Below, one piece after another: positions 30,808 through 40,877 of a DNA stretch of 64,000 nt; position 1 is the stretch's first letter; every line of letters begins with the position of its first letter. The notes under the pieces were generated by a model. It worked only from the letters and a program-made list of their open reading frames with translations. It ran no database searches and had not been told where the DNA came from. Both the position numbers and the translations under genes were made by a program. The DNA comes from Calditrichia bacterium (GTDB taxonomy: Bacteria; Calditrichota; Calditrichia; RBG-13-44-9; J075), in assembly GCA_050633245.1 (NCBI GenBank), contig JBOEGD010000016.1, positions 46 to 64,045 of the forward strand, written 5' to 3'.

Positions 30808-31339
30808 CAGATGCTTCTCCTAAAGTGTTTACGGAATCTACGAATCTGATATAACAAAACTTTCACGAGCAGATCATATTAGTTCAACGTTCAGACATAT
30901 CAGTGAGTAGCTACTTACCTAAAAAGTTTAGGCCATTTTTATTGACCGAATTAGCTTAGCCGCCTTGTCTTCGTAAGCGTGATTTCGTTTTAACAAACGA
31001 AAAACCAGTCGTATTCGTCATTTACTACTACTTATTTAGTATTCTCTTGGAAAGCTCAAAAAAGATCAATAGAATAAAATAGTAACCAAACGCACCAAAG
31101 CAATTACATCGGCTAATATGGCTTGAAAAGGCCGTGTGCTCGGACAAATCATCATACCTCCGACATAGGGCTATTTCGACCAATTCAATAGATATTTCCT
31201 CCAGGTAATGCGCTAGAGTTGGACTGAAGTTGAAGGTGTTTGTAGCTATCTGAATGAAGCACTTGCATTCCTTTTCTGTTCTACCAACTATCGATCCCGG
31301 CTCATCGTATTATAAACCTTATTGTGATGAGATTTATTT

Positions 31340-31603
31340 ATGCCGATTAAAAGCTATCTCGCCCATCCTGTCCCGCATCAAAAAAAAGAGCTTCAGCAAG
31401 TTCTTTCTGCAATGCCGGAATGTGACTGTTTACATTCCGAAACGCATGACGTTTTGGTGCTGGTTACCAGCACAGAAACAAAGGATGCAGAACTTATTCT
31501 GGAGCAGAGGCTAAAAGAGATTGACGCTCTTCAATGCCTCGTTTTAGTTGCGGGGTACGAAGATCCCCCTCAAAAAATGGTGGTAACAAATGATGAATCG
31601 TAG
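31340..31603 (+). CDS. napD: periplasmic nitrate reductase chaperone NapD
   Basis: 87 aa immediately upstream of napA and overlapping it by 14 nt; size and position typical of NapD. Confidence 0.65.
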   Translation: MPIKSYLAHPVPHQKKELQQVLSAMPECDCLHSETHDVLVLVTSTETKDAELILEQRLKEIDALQCLVLVAGYEDPPQKMVVTNDES

Positions 31604-33911
31604 AGAGTTTCTCAAGGAACTCGCTGCCGCATCGGCAATGTCTGCAGCAGCGATGTTTTTCCCGGGAATTGTCTTCGCGGAAATGCAAAACAAAAATTTC
31701 CCCGGAGAAGATATTGCATGGAAAAAAGCTCCCTGCCGCTTCTGTGGTGTTGGTTGTGGCTTGTTAATAGGTGTATCGGATGGACGCGCTGTTGCTGTAA
31801 AGGGAGATCCGGCAAGTCCGGTAAATAAAGGGCTGTGTTGTGTGAAAGGCTACCACTCGGTTCTTGCACTATACGGTAAGGATCGTTTAAAAACCGCATT
31901 GATTCGCAAAAACGGCAAACTTGTTCCGGCACCTATTAAAGAGGCTCTTGATTTAGTAGCCAGCAAGATGCAAAGCACGATTAAGGAACACGGGAAAGAT
32001 TCTGTGTCGATCTATGGCTCCGGACAGTGGACGATTCCGGATGGCTATGTTGCCTCAAAATTTATGAAAGGGGCAATTGGAACCAACAATCTTGAGGCCA
32101 ATGCCCGGCTCTGCATGGCTAGTGCAGTTACCGGTTTTATAACCAGCTTTGGAATGGATGAACCGATGGGTTGCTACGAAGACATCGACCATGCTGATGT
32201 CTTTGTTCTGTGGGGCAATAATATGGCAGAGATGCACCCGGTGCTTTTTTCGCGGCTGCTGGATCGGCGCATTAAAAATAGTAATGTAAAAATAATAGAT
32301 TTGGCAACTCGTACAACTCGTACCAGCATCGCTTCCGACAAATCTATTTTGTTCATGCCGCAAACAGATTTAGCAATAGCAAATGCAATCTGCTATGAGT
32401 TACTAACAACCGGTAAGATTAACAGAGATTTTTTAAAGAAGCACTGTGAATTTAAAACCGGTAAAACAAACATTGGATTTGGGCTCGAAGAGAAGTTCGC
32501 GTTTAAGGATGAAGCCTCGGCCAGCTCGATGGAAGAGTTCGCAAGTCTTCTTAGCGATTATTCTCCGGAAAAGGTAGAAAGCACATCCGGTGTTTCTGCA
32601 GCCGATATTCGCTACCTTGCATCTCTATATGGTGATCCGAATAAAAAAATTATGAGCCTGTGGTGCATGGGCGCCAACCAGCATACGCGCGGAACCTGGA
32701 TAAATAACCTAATTTATAACATCCATCTTCTAACCGGCAAAATCTCTACTCCCGGTAACAGTCCATTCTCTCTAACCGGACAACCAAGCGCCTGCGGTAC
32801 GGTAAGGGAAGTCGGCACGCTGACTCATAAATTGCCATATGGCGTGGTCATGAAAGAGGCAGCTCGTAAAAAGGCAGCAGATATCTGGCAGGTGCCGGTA
32901 GAAAATATCCCGGCCAAACCAACACATCATACAGTGTCTATGTTCCGGGCACTGGATCGTGGAGATATTCGTTTCATGTGGATTCAAGTGACCAATCCGA
33001 TGGTGACAATGCCGAAACTAAATCGCTATCGGGACGGGACTCTTAAGAAAGGTCGCTTTATTGTTGTTTCAGACGTATATCCCACACCAACCACAGATAT
33101 TGCAGATGTGGTACTACCGTCCGCGATGTGGATTGAACGGGAAGGTATGTACGGAAATTCGGAGCGCCGCACCCAACATTTTGATCAGCTTATTTCCCCT
33201 CCCGGAGAAGCAATGAGCGATACATGGCAGATTATAGAAGTTGCTCGCAGAATGGGTTATCAAAAGCTCTTCCCCTGGAGCGAGCAAGAACATATTGAAA
33301 AAATCTGGGAGGAATACAGTCGGTTTCACGCCGGTGCAAAACACGGGCTGGCACCTTATAAAGTATTGAAAGAACTTCCCGGTGCACAGTGGCCATATGT
33401 CAACGGGAAAAGCACCAAATGGCGTTTTAATGTCGAGCTTGATCCGGCAGCCAAGGGGCAAGGATTCGATTTTTATGGTAAGTCAAATGGCAAAGCCTGG
33501 ATTTGGTTTCGCCCTTACGAAGCACCACCTGAAGTTCCCGACAACGAGTATCCCTTTTGGTTAAACACCGGTAGGGTTCTGGAACATTGGCACACCGGCT
33601 CCATGACCAGACGTGTAGCGATCCTACACCGTGCAGTCCCGAAAGCCTATGTGGAGTTAAACCCTGATGACGCTCGACATCTGGGAATTCGCAACGGTGA
33701 TCCTGTAAAACTGATCTCCCGTCGCGGACAAATAGTTCTACCCGCCTCAATTAATCAACGTGGAAAGCCGGTAGCGGGTCAGGTGTTTGTACCTTTTTTC
33801 GATGAAGCGAAACTGATTAATGAATTGACGCTGGATGCTTATTGCCCAATCTCTAAACAACCGGACTATAAAAAATGCGCGGTAAAAGTGGAAAAAGTAA
33901 CCGGGGTTTAA
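31590..33911 (+). CDS. napA: periplasmic nitrate reductase catalytic subunit NapA
   Basis: 773 aa with Tat signal MMNRREFLKELAAASAMSAAAMF, N-terminal [4Fe-4S] motif CRFCGVGCG and molybdopterin oxidoreductase signatures (KGDPASPVNKGLCCVKG...). Confidence 0.95.
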   Translation: MMNRREFLKELAAASAMSAAAMFFPGIVFAEMQNKNFPGEDIAWKKAPCRFCGVGCGLLIGVSDGRAVAVKGDPASPVNKGLCCVKGYHSVLALYGKDRLKTALIRKNGKLVPAPIKEALDLVASKMQSTIKEHGKDSVSIYGSGQWTIPDGYVASKFMKGAIGTNNLEANARLCMASAVTGFITSFGMDEPMGCYEDIDHADVFVLWGNNMAEMHPVLFSRLLDRRIKNSNVKIIDLATRTTRTSIASDKSILFMPQTDLAIANAICYELLTTGKINRDFLKKHCEFKTGKTNIGFGLEEKFAFKDEASASSMEEFASLLSDYSPEKVESTSGVSAADIRYLASLYGDPNKKIMSLWCMGANQHTRGTWINNLIYNIHLLTGKISTPGNSPFSLTGQPSACGTVREVGTLTHKLPYGVVMKEAARKKAADIWQVPVENIPAKPTHHTVSMFRALDRGDIRFMWIQVTNPMVTMPKLNRYRDGTLKKGRFIVVSDVYPTPTTDIADVVLPSAMWIEREGMYGNSERRTQHFDQLISPPGEAMSDTWQIIEVARRMGYQKLFPWSEQEHIEKIWEEYSRFHAGAKHGLAPYKVLKELPGAQWPYVNGKSTKWRFNVELDPAAKGQGFDFYGKSNGKAWIWFRPYEAPPEVPDNEYPFWLNTGRVLEHWHTGSMTRRVAILHRAVPKAYVELNPDDARHLGIRNGDPVKLISRRGQIVLPASINQRGKPVAGQVFVPFFDEAKLINELTLDAYCPISKQPDYKKCAVKVEKVTGV

Positions 33912-34594
33912 CGGACGACTTAAACTCAAAATACCGATTCATATTTATTGGCCTATGTATACTCCTGATGGCATCATCCGTTTTGATTATTGGTAAGAGC
34001 CTACGTGAAAACGCACGAGAACCGGATATCTCTTTGCAATCGAAGGGTGATCGCTCGGCAATTGCAATTGAGGCAGACGTGTTTCGAAGTGCCGGTAAAA
34101 TGTCGGAGAACTTTTTTTCTCAGGCTGCGAAAGGCTCCTCTCGAAAACTGGTTGATTTTTATTCTCTTAGGGCGTATCCGGGTGCTCCTCCCTCTATTCC
34201 ACATCCGGTAGCGAAGAACAATACCATTGGACACAACGTTTGCCTGCAATGCCACGAAAACGGAGGATATGTACCCAAATTTGAAGCATTTGCACCTGTG
34301 ACACCCCACCCGGAATTTGTTAACTGTTTACAATGTCATTCCGTTAACACGACCAACAGCACGTTTGTAAATTCTGATTGGAGAGTTCCCGCTCCGCCCC
34401 GAATAAATCAGGAGGCACTCTCCGGAAGTCCTCCACCCATTCCACACGCGCTCCATCTAAGAGGTAATTGCCTCGCGTGTCATTCGGGTCCGGGCGCCGT
34501 TGAGGAACTAAGATTTACCCATGCAGAGCGTACCAATTGTCTACAATGCCATGCCTTGAGTTCTGGCATATCGCCCTGGCAACGTGAACAATAA
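33875..34594 (+). CDS. tetraheme c-type cytochrome, NapB-like (apparent tandem diheme duplication)
   Basis: 239 aa with a signal anchor and four CxxCH motifs (CLQCHEN, CLQCHSV, CLACHSG, CLQCHAL), each preceded by NapB-like P..P.HP segments. Confidence 0.65.
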   Translation: MRGKSGKSNRGLTDDLNSKYRFIFIGLCILLMASSVLIIGKSLRENAREPDISLQSKGDRSAIAIEADVFRSAGKMSENFFSQAAKGSSRKLVDFYSLRAYPGAPPSIPHPVAKNNTIGHNVCLQCHENGGYVPKFEAFAPVTPHPEFVNCLQCHSVNTTNSTFVNSDWRVPAPPRINQEALSGSPPPIPHALHLRGNCLACHSGPGAVEELRFTHAERTNCLQCHALSSGISPWQREQ

Positions 34595-34652
34595 TTCTAC
34601 AGTGACAAACATTTATGTGTCATTTAGCAACCATTCGAAAGTAGAGAAACGA

Positions 34653-35297
34653 ATGAAAATTTTGCCTAAAATTCCATCGGTGAATTACTTATTTCTTACC
34701 ATTGGTTTCGGTTTTCTCCTAATGGCCTGCAGTTCTGACCATGAAGATAAGACACATCACCAGAGCTTCGCCGAACAGTTATCGGAGAAACATGATCGGA
34801 CCTTAAAGGTGGACATAAATCGTGTAACAGATTTCGATCTTGAAAATTTTATTCCGGTAGACGTTTTATCAACCAACCCCAAATTCTACGTCTCCCCACA
34901 GCTTGCTACAATTTCATCATTTCCCTGCAATGAATGTCATGATCGTCCTTTGAGACAGCTTACTAAGCTTGTCGATCCGGAGATTCAAAAGGCCCATTGG
35001 CAGATTCAGCTAAAGCACGCTTCTACAGATGCGATGGACTGTCAAACTTGTCACAACTCGGAGGACATGAATACATTGGTTAGCTTAACCGGCAAGAAGA
35101 TATCCCTTAACCACAGTTATCAACAGTGCGCTCAGTGTCATTCCGGTCAAGCGACAGACTGGATTGGTGGTGCACATGGCAAACGTGTTGAAGGATGGAT
35201 TCCTCCTCGAATTATCAAAAACTGTGTCCAGTGTCATGATCCACACCAACCGGGTTGGGAAAAAAGATGGCCGACTCAAACACAACAAGTGAGATAA
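34653..35297 (+). CDS. tetraheme c-type cytochrome lipoprotein
   Basis: Start placed at MKILPKIPSVNYLFLTIGFGFLLMACSS (lipoprotein-type signal; ORF track begins at 34584). Four CxxCH motifs: CNECHD, CQTCHN, CAQCHS, CVQCHD. Confidence 0.6.
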   Translation: MKILPKIPSVNYLFLTIGFGFLLMACSSDHEDKTHHQSFAEQLSEKHDRTLKVDINRVTDFDLENFIPVDVLSTNPKFYVSPQLATISSFPCNECHDRPLRQLTKLVDPEIQKAHWQIQLKHASTDAMDCQTCHNSEDMNTLVSLTGKKISLNHSYQQCAQCHSGQATDWIGGAHGKRVEGWIPPRIIKNCVQCHDPHQPGWEKRWPTQTQQVR

Positions 35298-35596
35298 CGA
35301 TACAATGAAAACTCTTCCACAGCAAAACCAGTGTTCTCAAGGATGTTGCTCTAATAAGACAGACGCCAATTCTCCCCCCCAAAGTTTCGCAAGTGGCATC
35401 GCGAATAAGACACTTGCCGGGCTTAAAAAGAACACTCAGGAACTGCTTGCCGAAAGCCAGTTGAAACTAACGCCGACGCCCCGATTTGAATCCTCCGTAA
35501 ATTCAGCGTCTGGTTTAAATGACGTTTTGCTATGGCATCTGATGAAGGATGATGTTTCAAACTCAAAAGCTCAGGCAAAATCAAAGCACATTCAAA

Positions 35597-36525
35597 TGGA
35601 GCAAGCCATTCAACGCCCAATGTCACGTCGTTCAGCAGTGAAAGGTCTGGCCGCAGGCTTAATGGCCGGTCTCGGACTTGTGCAAAGTAGCTGTAGTCCG
35701 TTTGAGGGAGATTCCGGCAAAGCGAGCAAACTAAAATGGAATGAATACTTCAAAGGGAATTTCCGCTTAATGACCGCGACGGAAAAACGGGAAACAATAG
35801 ACCGCCTTCAGCAACTGTATGCACTAAACACCGGGGAACACATTCAGATTAGCGCCGCAAGTGCGCCGAAGAATGTGCTATTTGGCTATGCGTTTAATAT
35901 TGGTAAGTGCCAGGGTTACATGGATTGTATAAAGGCATGTATCAATGAGAATAATCAGGATCGCAAATCCGATATGCGCTACATTCGTATTCATGAGCAC
36001 AAAAAAGGGCATTTTAACTTTGAACATGCCAAAGACGATTTTTTTCATGAGGTTCCCCTGGAAGGGCACTTCTATATAGGAACTCAATGTTTTCACTGTG
36101 AGAATCCGCCATGTGTTGATGTCTGCCCTGTCCAGGCTACCTGGAAGGAGGAAGACGGGATTGTGGTTGTCGATTACGACTGGTGCATCGGCTGTCGATA
36201 TTGTCAAGCTGCCTGCCCTTATGATGCTCGTCGGTTCAATTGGAATGATCCCACTGTTCCGGAAGAGGAAGTGAATCGCAAGCAACATTACCTCGGGAAC
36301 AGGCTCCGGAAGAAAGGCGTCATGGAAAAGTGCACTTTCTGCATTCAGCGCACGCGCGCAGGCAAAAACCCGGCCTGTGTTGAAGCATGCCCAACCGGAG
36401 CGCGTGTGTTTGGCAACTTACTAGATCCCGACAGCGAAATCCGATGGATTATTGAGAACAAAAAAGTGTTTCGTTTAAAAGAGGAATTAGGGACTGAGCC
36501 TAAATTTTGGTATTACATGGACTAA
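35597..36525 (+). CDS. 4Fe-4S ferredoxin-type iron-sulfur subunit (NrfC/PsrB/ActB-like) with Tat signal
   Basis: The ORF track ATG at 35305 adds ~100 aa before the Tat motif, so the start is placed at 35597 or 35621 (MSRRSAVKGLAAGLMAGLGL). Four Cys clusters: CQGYMDCIKAC, CFHCENPPCVDVCP, CIGCRYCQAACP, CTFCIQR...CVEACP. Confidence 0.75.
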
Positions 36526-36540
36526 GATGACTGGATAAAA

Positions 36541-37764
36541 ATGGTAAATCTTTCTGTTCTAAAAAGTTTTTTTAAAGATGCCTTGGCCTCCACAATACGC
36601 GGCAGTTTGCAATATCATTTGTGGATGGCTTTTCTGACCTTCATAATGCTCTGTGGAGCCTACGCCTATTCGGTGCAACTTGAAGAAGGTCTTGCTGCAA
36701 CAGGAATGAGCGATAGCGTTAGCTGGGGCATTTACATCTCTAATTTCACCTTCCTGGTAGGCGTTGCTGCTGCTGCTGTAATGCTGGTTCTTCCGACATA
36801 TATCCTAAAAGATATAGACTTTTCACGAGCCGTTCTTATCGGCGAGGGGCTCGCTGTAGCGGCATTGGTCATGTGTCTTGCCTTCGTAACCGTAGATCTT
36901 GGAGGCCCGGCAAGAGCCTGGCACCTGCTGCCAATAGTTGGATTATTCAACTGGCCGAGTTCTATGTTGGCGTGGGATGTTATTGTATTAAACGGTTATC
37001 TCTTCATCAATATCACCATTCCTTTTTACATCCTGTTTCACCACTATCAGAATAAAAAGCCCAGCAAAAATGTCTACCTTCCTGGAATAATAATTTCCGT
37101 ATTTTGGGCTGTTGCAATCCATTTGGTAACAGCGTTTCTATACGCAGGGCTGGCCTCACGCCCCTTCTGGAACTCTTCATTATTGGGGCCGCGCTTCCTG
37201 GCCTCGGCATTTGCAGCAGGCCCGGCATTAATTGTAATCGTACTCAGTCTTATCCATCACAAAACAGACTACAATATTCAACAAAATACGATTAATAAGA
37301 TTGCCCTGATCGCCACCGTCTCGGCTCAAATAAATCTCATTATGTTGGGATCTGAAATATTTAAGGAATTTTACGCACCGACTCATCACAGTCAGAGTGC
37401 GGTTTATCTGTTTTTCGGCTTAGGTGGTAACACCTCTCTGGTGCCCTGGATTTGGACATCAATTGGGATGAACCTACTTGCAACGGGGATGCTGACATTT
37501 CACTTCCTTCACCGAAAACCCATGTTCTTGTACAGTGCATGCACCATGCTATTCGTCGCCATATGGATCGAAAAAGGAATGGGTCTTATTATTCCCGGCT
37601 TTATTCCCGGCCCATGGGGTAAGATTGTTGAATACAGCCCAAGCTGGGTGGAAATAACAGTAACTGCCGGGATTTGGGCCATGGGTATTTTTCTGTTTAC
37701 AATGCTCGTAAAAGTTGCTATCTCCATTGAAACAGGACGCATGCGCTACCAGGCCGGGAGCTAA
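36541..37764 (+). CDS. NrfD/PsrC-family polytopic membrane quinol-interacting subunit
   Basis: 407 aa with ~10 TM helices, immediately downstream of the NrfC-like FeS protein. Confidence 0.75.
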   Translation: MVNLSVLKSFFKDALASTIRGSLQYHLWMAFLTFIMLCGAYAYSVQLEEGLAATGMSDSVSWGIYISNFTFLVGVAAAAVMLVLPTYILKDIDFSRAVLIGEGLAVAALVMCLAFVTVDLGGPARAWHLLPIVGLFNWPSSMLAWDVIVLNGYLFINITIPFYILFHHYQNKKPSKNVYLPGIIISVFWAVAIHLVTAFLYAGLASRPFWNSSLLGPRFLASAFAAGPALIVIVLSLIHHKTDYNIQQNTINKIALIATVSAQINLIMLGSEIFKEFYAPTHHSQSAVYLFFGLGGNTSLVPWIWTSIGMNLLATGMLTFHFLHRKPMFLYSACTMLFVAIWIEKGMGLIIPGFIPGPWGKIVEYSPSWVEITVTAGIWAMGIFLFTMLVKVAISIETGRMRYQAGS

Positions 37765-37819
37765 AGAGCTTAGCGAACGCCAAATTGGATGTGAAACAAG
37801 CAGGTCGTTTATACCCGGC

Positions 37820-37950
37820 CTACCCCCAACCAGCGGCGAAGCCGCGACATACAAGCGAATGCAGTGAGCGACCTATCCACGACCAGCAGCGAAACCGCGT
37901 TTTGCAAGTCCCGCGGGGACGACCTTCCTGCCAGCAGCAAAGCTGCGTCC
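37820..37950. repeat. three degenerate ~50-bp direct repeats, each with a short GC hairpin
   Basis: aCCAGCgGCGAAgCCGCG (37829), aCCAGCaGCGAAaCCGCG (37882) and gCCAGCaGCaAAgCtGCG (37930), spaced 48-53 bp apart, with similar downstream caag...gacct segments. Lies in the intergenic region between the NrfD-like gene and the convergent hypothetical gene. Confidence 0.5.
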
Positions 37951-37963
37951 TACTTCCTCCCCC

Positions 37964-38827
37964 CTATTCTTTCTCATATAGCAGCCCATAACTCAAATCA
38001 TACGCTTCTTTTTGAAATCGCTGAGCAAAAGTTGCCTGCTCATGCACAGGAAGACTCGCCAAGTCACTATATTTCAAAACAGCGCCAACCCATCCCTTCG
38101 TATGCCAGTGTCCTGACGGGAGTTCGCCAAGCTCCGGCAGCGGCTTTGGATAAGGCCAGGGTGTAACATAAAAATAAGGTTCAGAATAACCTTCATCTCC
38201 CGGCGACAGACCAACACCTATGGACTTAGCTAATTCAGGATCAGGATTGCCCTCCACCTTTATTAACGTTGCGATATCAAAGTGATGCGGCCAGGTGCGA
38301 ACCGGCGAAGCCTTGTCTTCCAGATAAAATTGATTTTGCAACATTGCAGCAGAGTTGCTCCAACAGGCAGTCAAGGCTGCGCGTGCATCGGTAGTTGCTC
38401 GTTCAGAGGAAAAAATTCCGCCATCTTTCAATATATGATCCGGCATCTCATACGGCATCTCTAACCTGGCCTGCTCGGCATTCACCCCTTTAGAGCGGAG
38501 CGCCTCCTGGAACTCCTGTAATACCTCTTCCATGCTCTTCCCATCGAGGGCAATCTCAATAAGCTCTCCACGACGCTCTTCAACAAGCAGCGAAAATGAG
38601 CTTGGAGAAAGTCCGGCTCTTATTCGTTCGGCAGCAGATAATTCACGTGTCCAGAAGCGCTGTTCATCCACATGCCAGTGCAGACTGGTATGGCTATCAT
38701 CCTTCCTGGGTGGAAGCAGATATCTTCCAAAAGACGCACAATATTGTGCTGCGAAGTGTAGCTGTATTCTTGCCTCAATTATATCTGCAGATGCAACCTG
38801 CTTTATGGGGTGCCAATCCATTTTCAT
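37964..38827 (-). CDS. hypothetical protein
   Basis: 287 aa soluble protein with no recognisable motif, divergent from the Hsp70-like pair. Confidence 0.45.
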   Translation of the reverse strand: MKMDWHPIKQVASADIIEARIQLHFAAQYCASFGRYLLPPRKDDSHTSLHWHVDEQRFWTRELSAAERIRAGLSPSSFSLLVEERRGELIEIALDGKSMEEVLQEFQEALRSKGVNAEQARLEMPYEMPDHILKDGGIFSSERATTDARAALTACWSNSAAMLQNQFYLEDKASPVRTWPHHFDIATLIKVEGNPDPELAKSIGVGLSPGDEGYSEPYFYVTPWPYPKPLPELGELPSGHWHTKGWVGAVLKYSDLASLPVHEQATFAQRFQKEAYDLSYGLLYEKE

Positions 38828-39066
38828 ACTCCGATCTATAAAAACGTTTTAACTTGCGATAGTCAATTATTCACAAAAAATAGTATCAACGTGAGGTGAT
38901 GTATACCGAGAATACTCTTAGAACATACTCTATAATACGACGTATTTAATGTATTCGCATCAAGAAAGTGTTGCTATTGCGAACAAAAGCAAAACGAGCA
39001 TATTCGTTGCTTGCGTAACCTTTTATCGAGTATTAAGTTACGAGCGCAATATTAGTAAAGGAGAAT

Positions 39067-40869
39067 TTGTTGAGCAGCAGTCCATATATAGTCGGCATCG
39101 ATCTCGGCACAACGCACTGCGTTTTGGCCTACAGTAAGATTGACGAATCGTCCGATACCCCCTCAAAAATTGAATTAATGCGCATTCCGCAGGTTGTCAG
39201 CCCCGGTGAAATTAAAGAGTTGGCGCTTCTACCCTCTTTCTTACTGCTCCCCGGCCCGCATGATGTGCCGGAAGGTGGCCTGGCGCTACCTTGGGATGCT
39301 GCAAAAGACTATGCGGTTGGTGAATATGCGCGCAGTCGTGGAAATGAAATCCCAAACAGACTAGTGGCCTCTGCAAAGTCCTGGCTTTGCCATAGTGGTG
39401 TAGATCGCAGGGATGCTTTATTGCCCTGGAACAGCGGTGACGATGCACGACGCGTCTCACCGATTGAGGCGACGCAACGCTACCTCGAACACATTCGCGA
39501 CGCCTGGAACGCTCAAATGGCCGAAGATGACAAAAAGCATCGCCTGGAAGAACAGACGATCTATCTGACTGTTCCGGCTTCTTTTGATGCCGTAGCACGT
39601 GAATTGACTGCTGAAGCCGCCAGTGCAGCCGGGCTAAAGCGATTGACGCTATTGGAAGAACCACAGGCGGCCTTCTACGCCTGGCTGGAAGCAAAAGGCA
39701 ATAACTGGCGCAATGATGTCGAGCTTGGAGAATCTATTCTCGTTTGCGACGTAGGCGGCGGAACCAGCGACTTCAGTTTAATTGAGGTCAGCGGCAATGA
39801 AGGTTCACTGGAACTTGAACGTGCAGCGGTTGGCGAACATATTCTGCTTGGTGGCGACAATATGGATCTCGCGCTGGCCTATCTGATTCGCTCAAAGCTT
39901 GCACAAAACGGTACGAATATCGATGATTGGCAGTTCAAAGGCCTATGGCATAGCTGTCGGTCTGCTAAGGAGAAGCTGCTTAATAATCCGGAGATTGAAA
40001 CTGAGCCTTTGGTTATTCTTGGAAGAGGATCTTCCCTGATTGGCGGAACCATTCGCAGCGAGCTTACCCGCGAAGAAATGAATACGTCACTGGTCGATGG
40101 TTTTTTTCCCGCCGGAAATAATGATGATTTTCCACAGGAAGGCACGCGAATAGGAATGCGCGAAATGGGACTTCCCTATGCAGCAGACGCTGCAGTAACG
40201 CGCTACCTGGCGCACTTTCTAAGTAAGCATAGTGGGGAAACAACAGCATTTCCTTCCGCCGTGCTGTTTAATGGCGGCGTAATGAAGGCGGAGTCTTTCA
40301 GAACACGCGTTTTGGAAGCACTTTCTGCCTGGAAAGGCGATACCGTACGCGAGCTTAAAGCCAATGACCTGGATCTCGCCGTGGCAGTTGGTGCAACCTA
40401 CTATGGTCTTGCGCAATCCGGCAAGGGGATTCGTATTCGCGCCGGAGCTGCACGGGCCTACTATATCGGTGTCGAAAGCTCGATGCCCGCGGTTCCCGGC
40501 ATCCCTATTCCAATAAATGCTTTAAACGTCCTGCCATTCGGCACCGAAGAAGGAACAGAAACGGATATTCGTCAGCGCGAATTTGGCCTAATTGTCGGAC
40601 AGCCGGTAGTCTTCCATCTGCTCGCCTCCACGGCAAATGCAGATGACAAAGCCGGTGAAATTGTAGAAGACTGGGCCGGTAATATTCAGAATGTCAGCAC
40701 AATGGAATTAAATCTACCCGCAAGTGCCGACGAAGCTGGTGGAACGATTATCCCGGTATGGCTGCAGAGTAAACTGACGGAAGTCGGCACGCTTGAACTG
40801 TGGTGCGTTTCCACTAAAGATGATCGTCGCTGGAAACTTGAATTTTCAATACGAGATGAAACGGAGTAA
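39067..40869 (+). CDS. Hsp70-family protein (divergent DnaK paralog, no C-terminal lid)
   Basis: 600 aa. Hsp70 NBD signatures YIVGIDLGTTHCVLAY (phosphate 1) and ...ILVCDVGGGTSDFSLIEV... (connect 1). Then a beta-rich SBD-like segment (...TIIPVWLQSKLTEVGTLELWCVSTKDDRRWKLEFSI...). No alpha-helical lid or EEVD. Confidence 0.8.
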   Translation: MLSSSPYIVGIDLGTTHCVLAYSKIDESSDTPSKIELMRIPQVVSPGEIKELALLPSFLLLPGPHDVPEGGLALPWDAAKDYAVGEYARSRGNEIPNRLVASAKSWLCHSGVDRRDALLPWNSGDDARRVSPIEATQRYLEHIRDAWNAQMAEDDKKHRLEEQTIYLTVPASFDAVARELTAEAASAAGLKRLTLLEEPQAAFYAWLEAKGNNWRNDVELGESILVCDVGGGTSDFSLIEVSGNEGSLELERAAVGEHILLGGDNMDLALAYLIRSKLAQNGTNIDDWQFKGLWHSCRSAKEKLLNNPEIETEPLVILGRGSSLIGGTIRSELTREEMNTSLVDGFFPAGNNDDFPQEGTRIGMREMGLPYAADAAVTRYLAHFLSKHSGETTAFPSAVLFNGGVMKAESFRTRVLEALSAWKGDTVRELKANDLDLAVAVGATYYGLAQSGKGIRIRAGAARAYYIGVESSMPAVPGIPIPINALNVLPFGTEEGTETDIRQREFGLIVGQPVVFHLLASTANADDKAGEIVEDWAGNIQNVSTMELNLPASADEAGGTIIPVWLQSKLTEVGTLELWCVSTKDDRRWKLEFSIRDETE

Positions 40870-40877
40870 CTACCTGA

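Noticed and set aside
31254-31514. 86 aa plus-strand ORF overlapping napD in another frame
   Set aside because: The napD frame gives an 87 aa product of the right size directly overlapping the napA start. The alternative frame has no support.
35305-35596. ~100 aa N-terminal extension of the NrfC-like FeS protein in the ORF track
   Set aside because: A Tat motif (SRRSAVKGL) must sit near the N-terminus to function. The extension is probably untranslated leader read through in-frame, so the start was moved to 35597/35621. It is kept as a note because it could instead be a real, unusual N-terminal domain.
35878-36288. 136 aa minus-strand ORF
   Set aside because: It is embedded antisense in the 4Fe-4S ferredoxin gene, whose Cys-cluster motifs clearly mark the real frame.
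39212-39694. 160 aa minus-strand ORF, with similar ORFs at 39675-40416 and 43163-43563
   Set aside because: These are antisense to the Hsp70-family genes. Their translations are Arg/Pro-rich, typical of reverse-frame artefacts in GC-moderate coding DNA.
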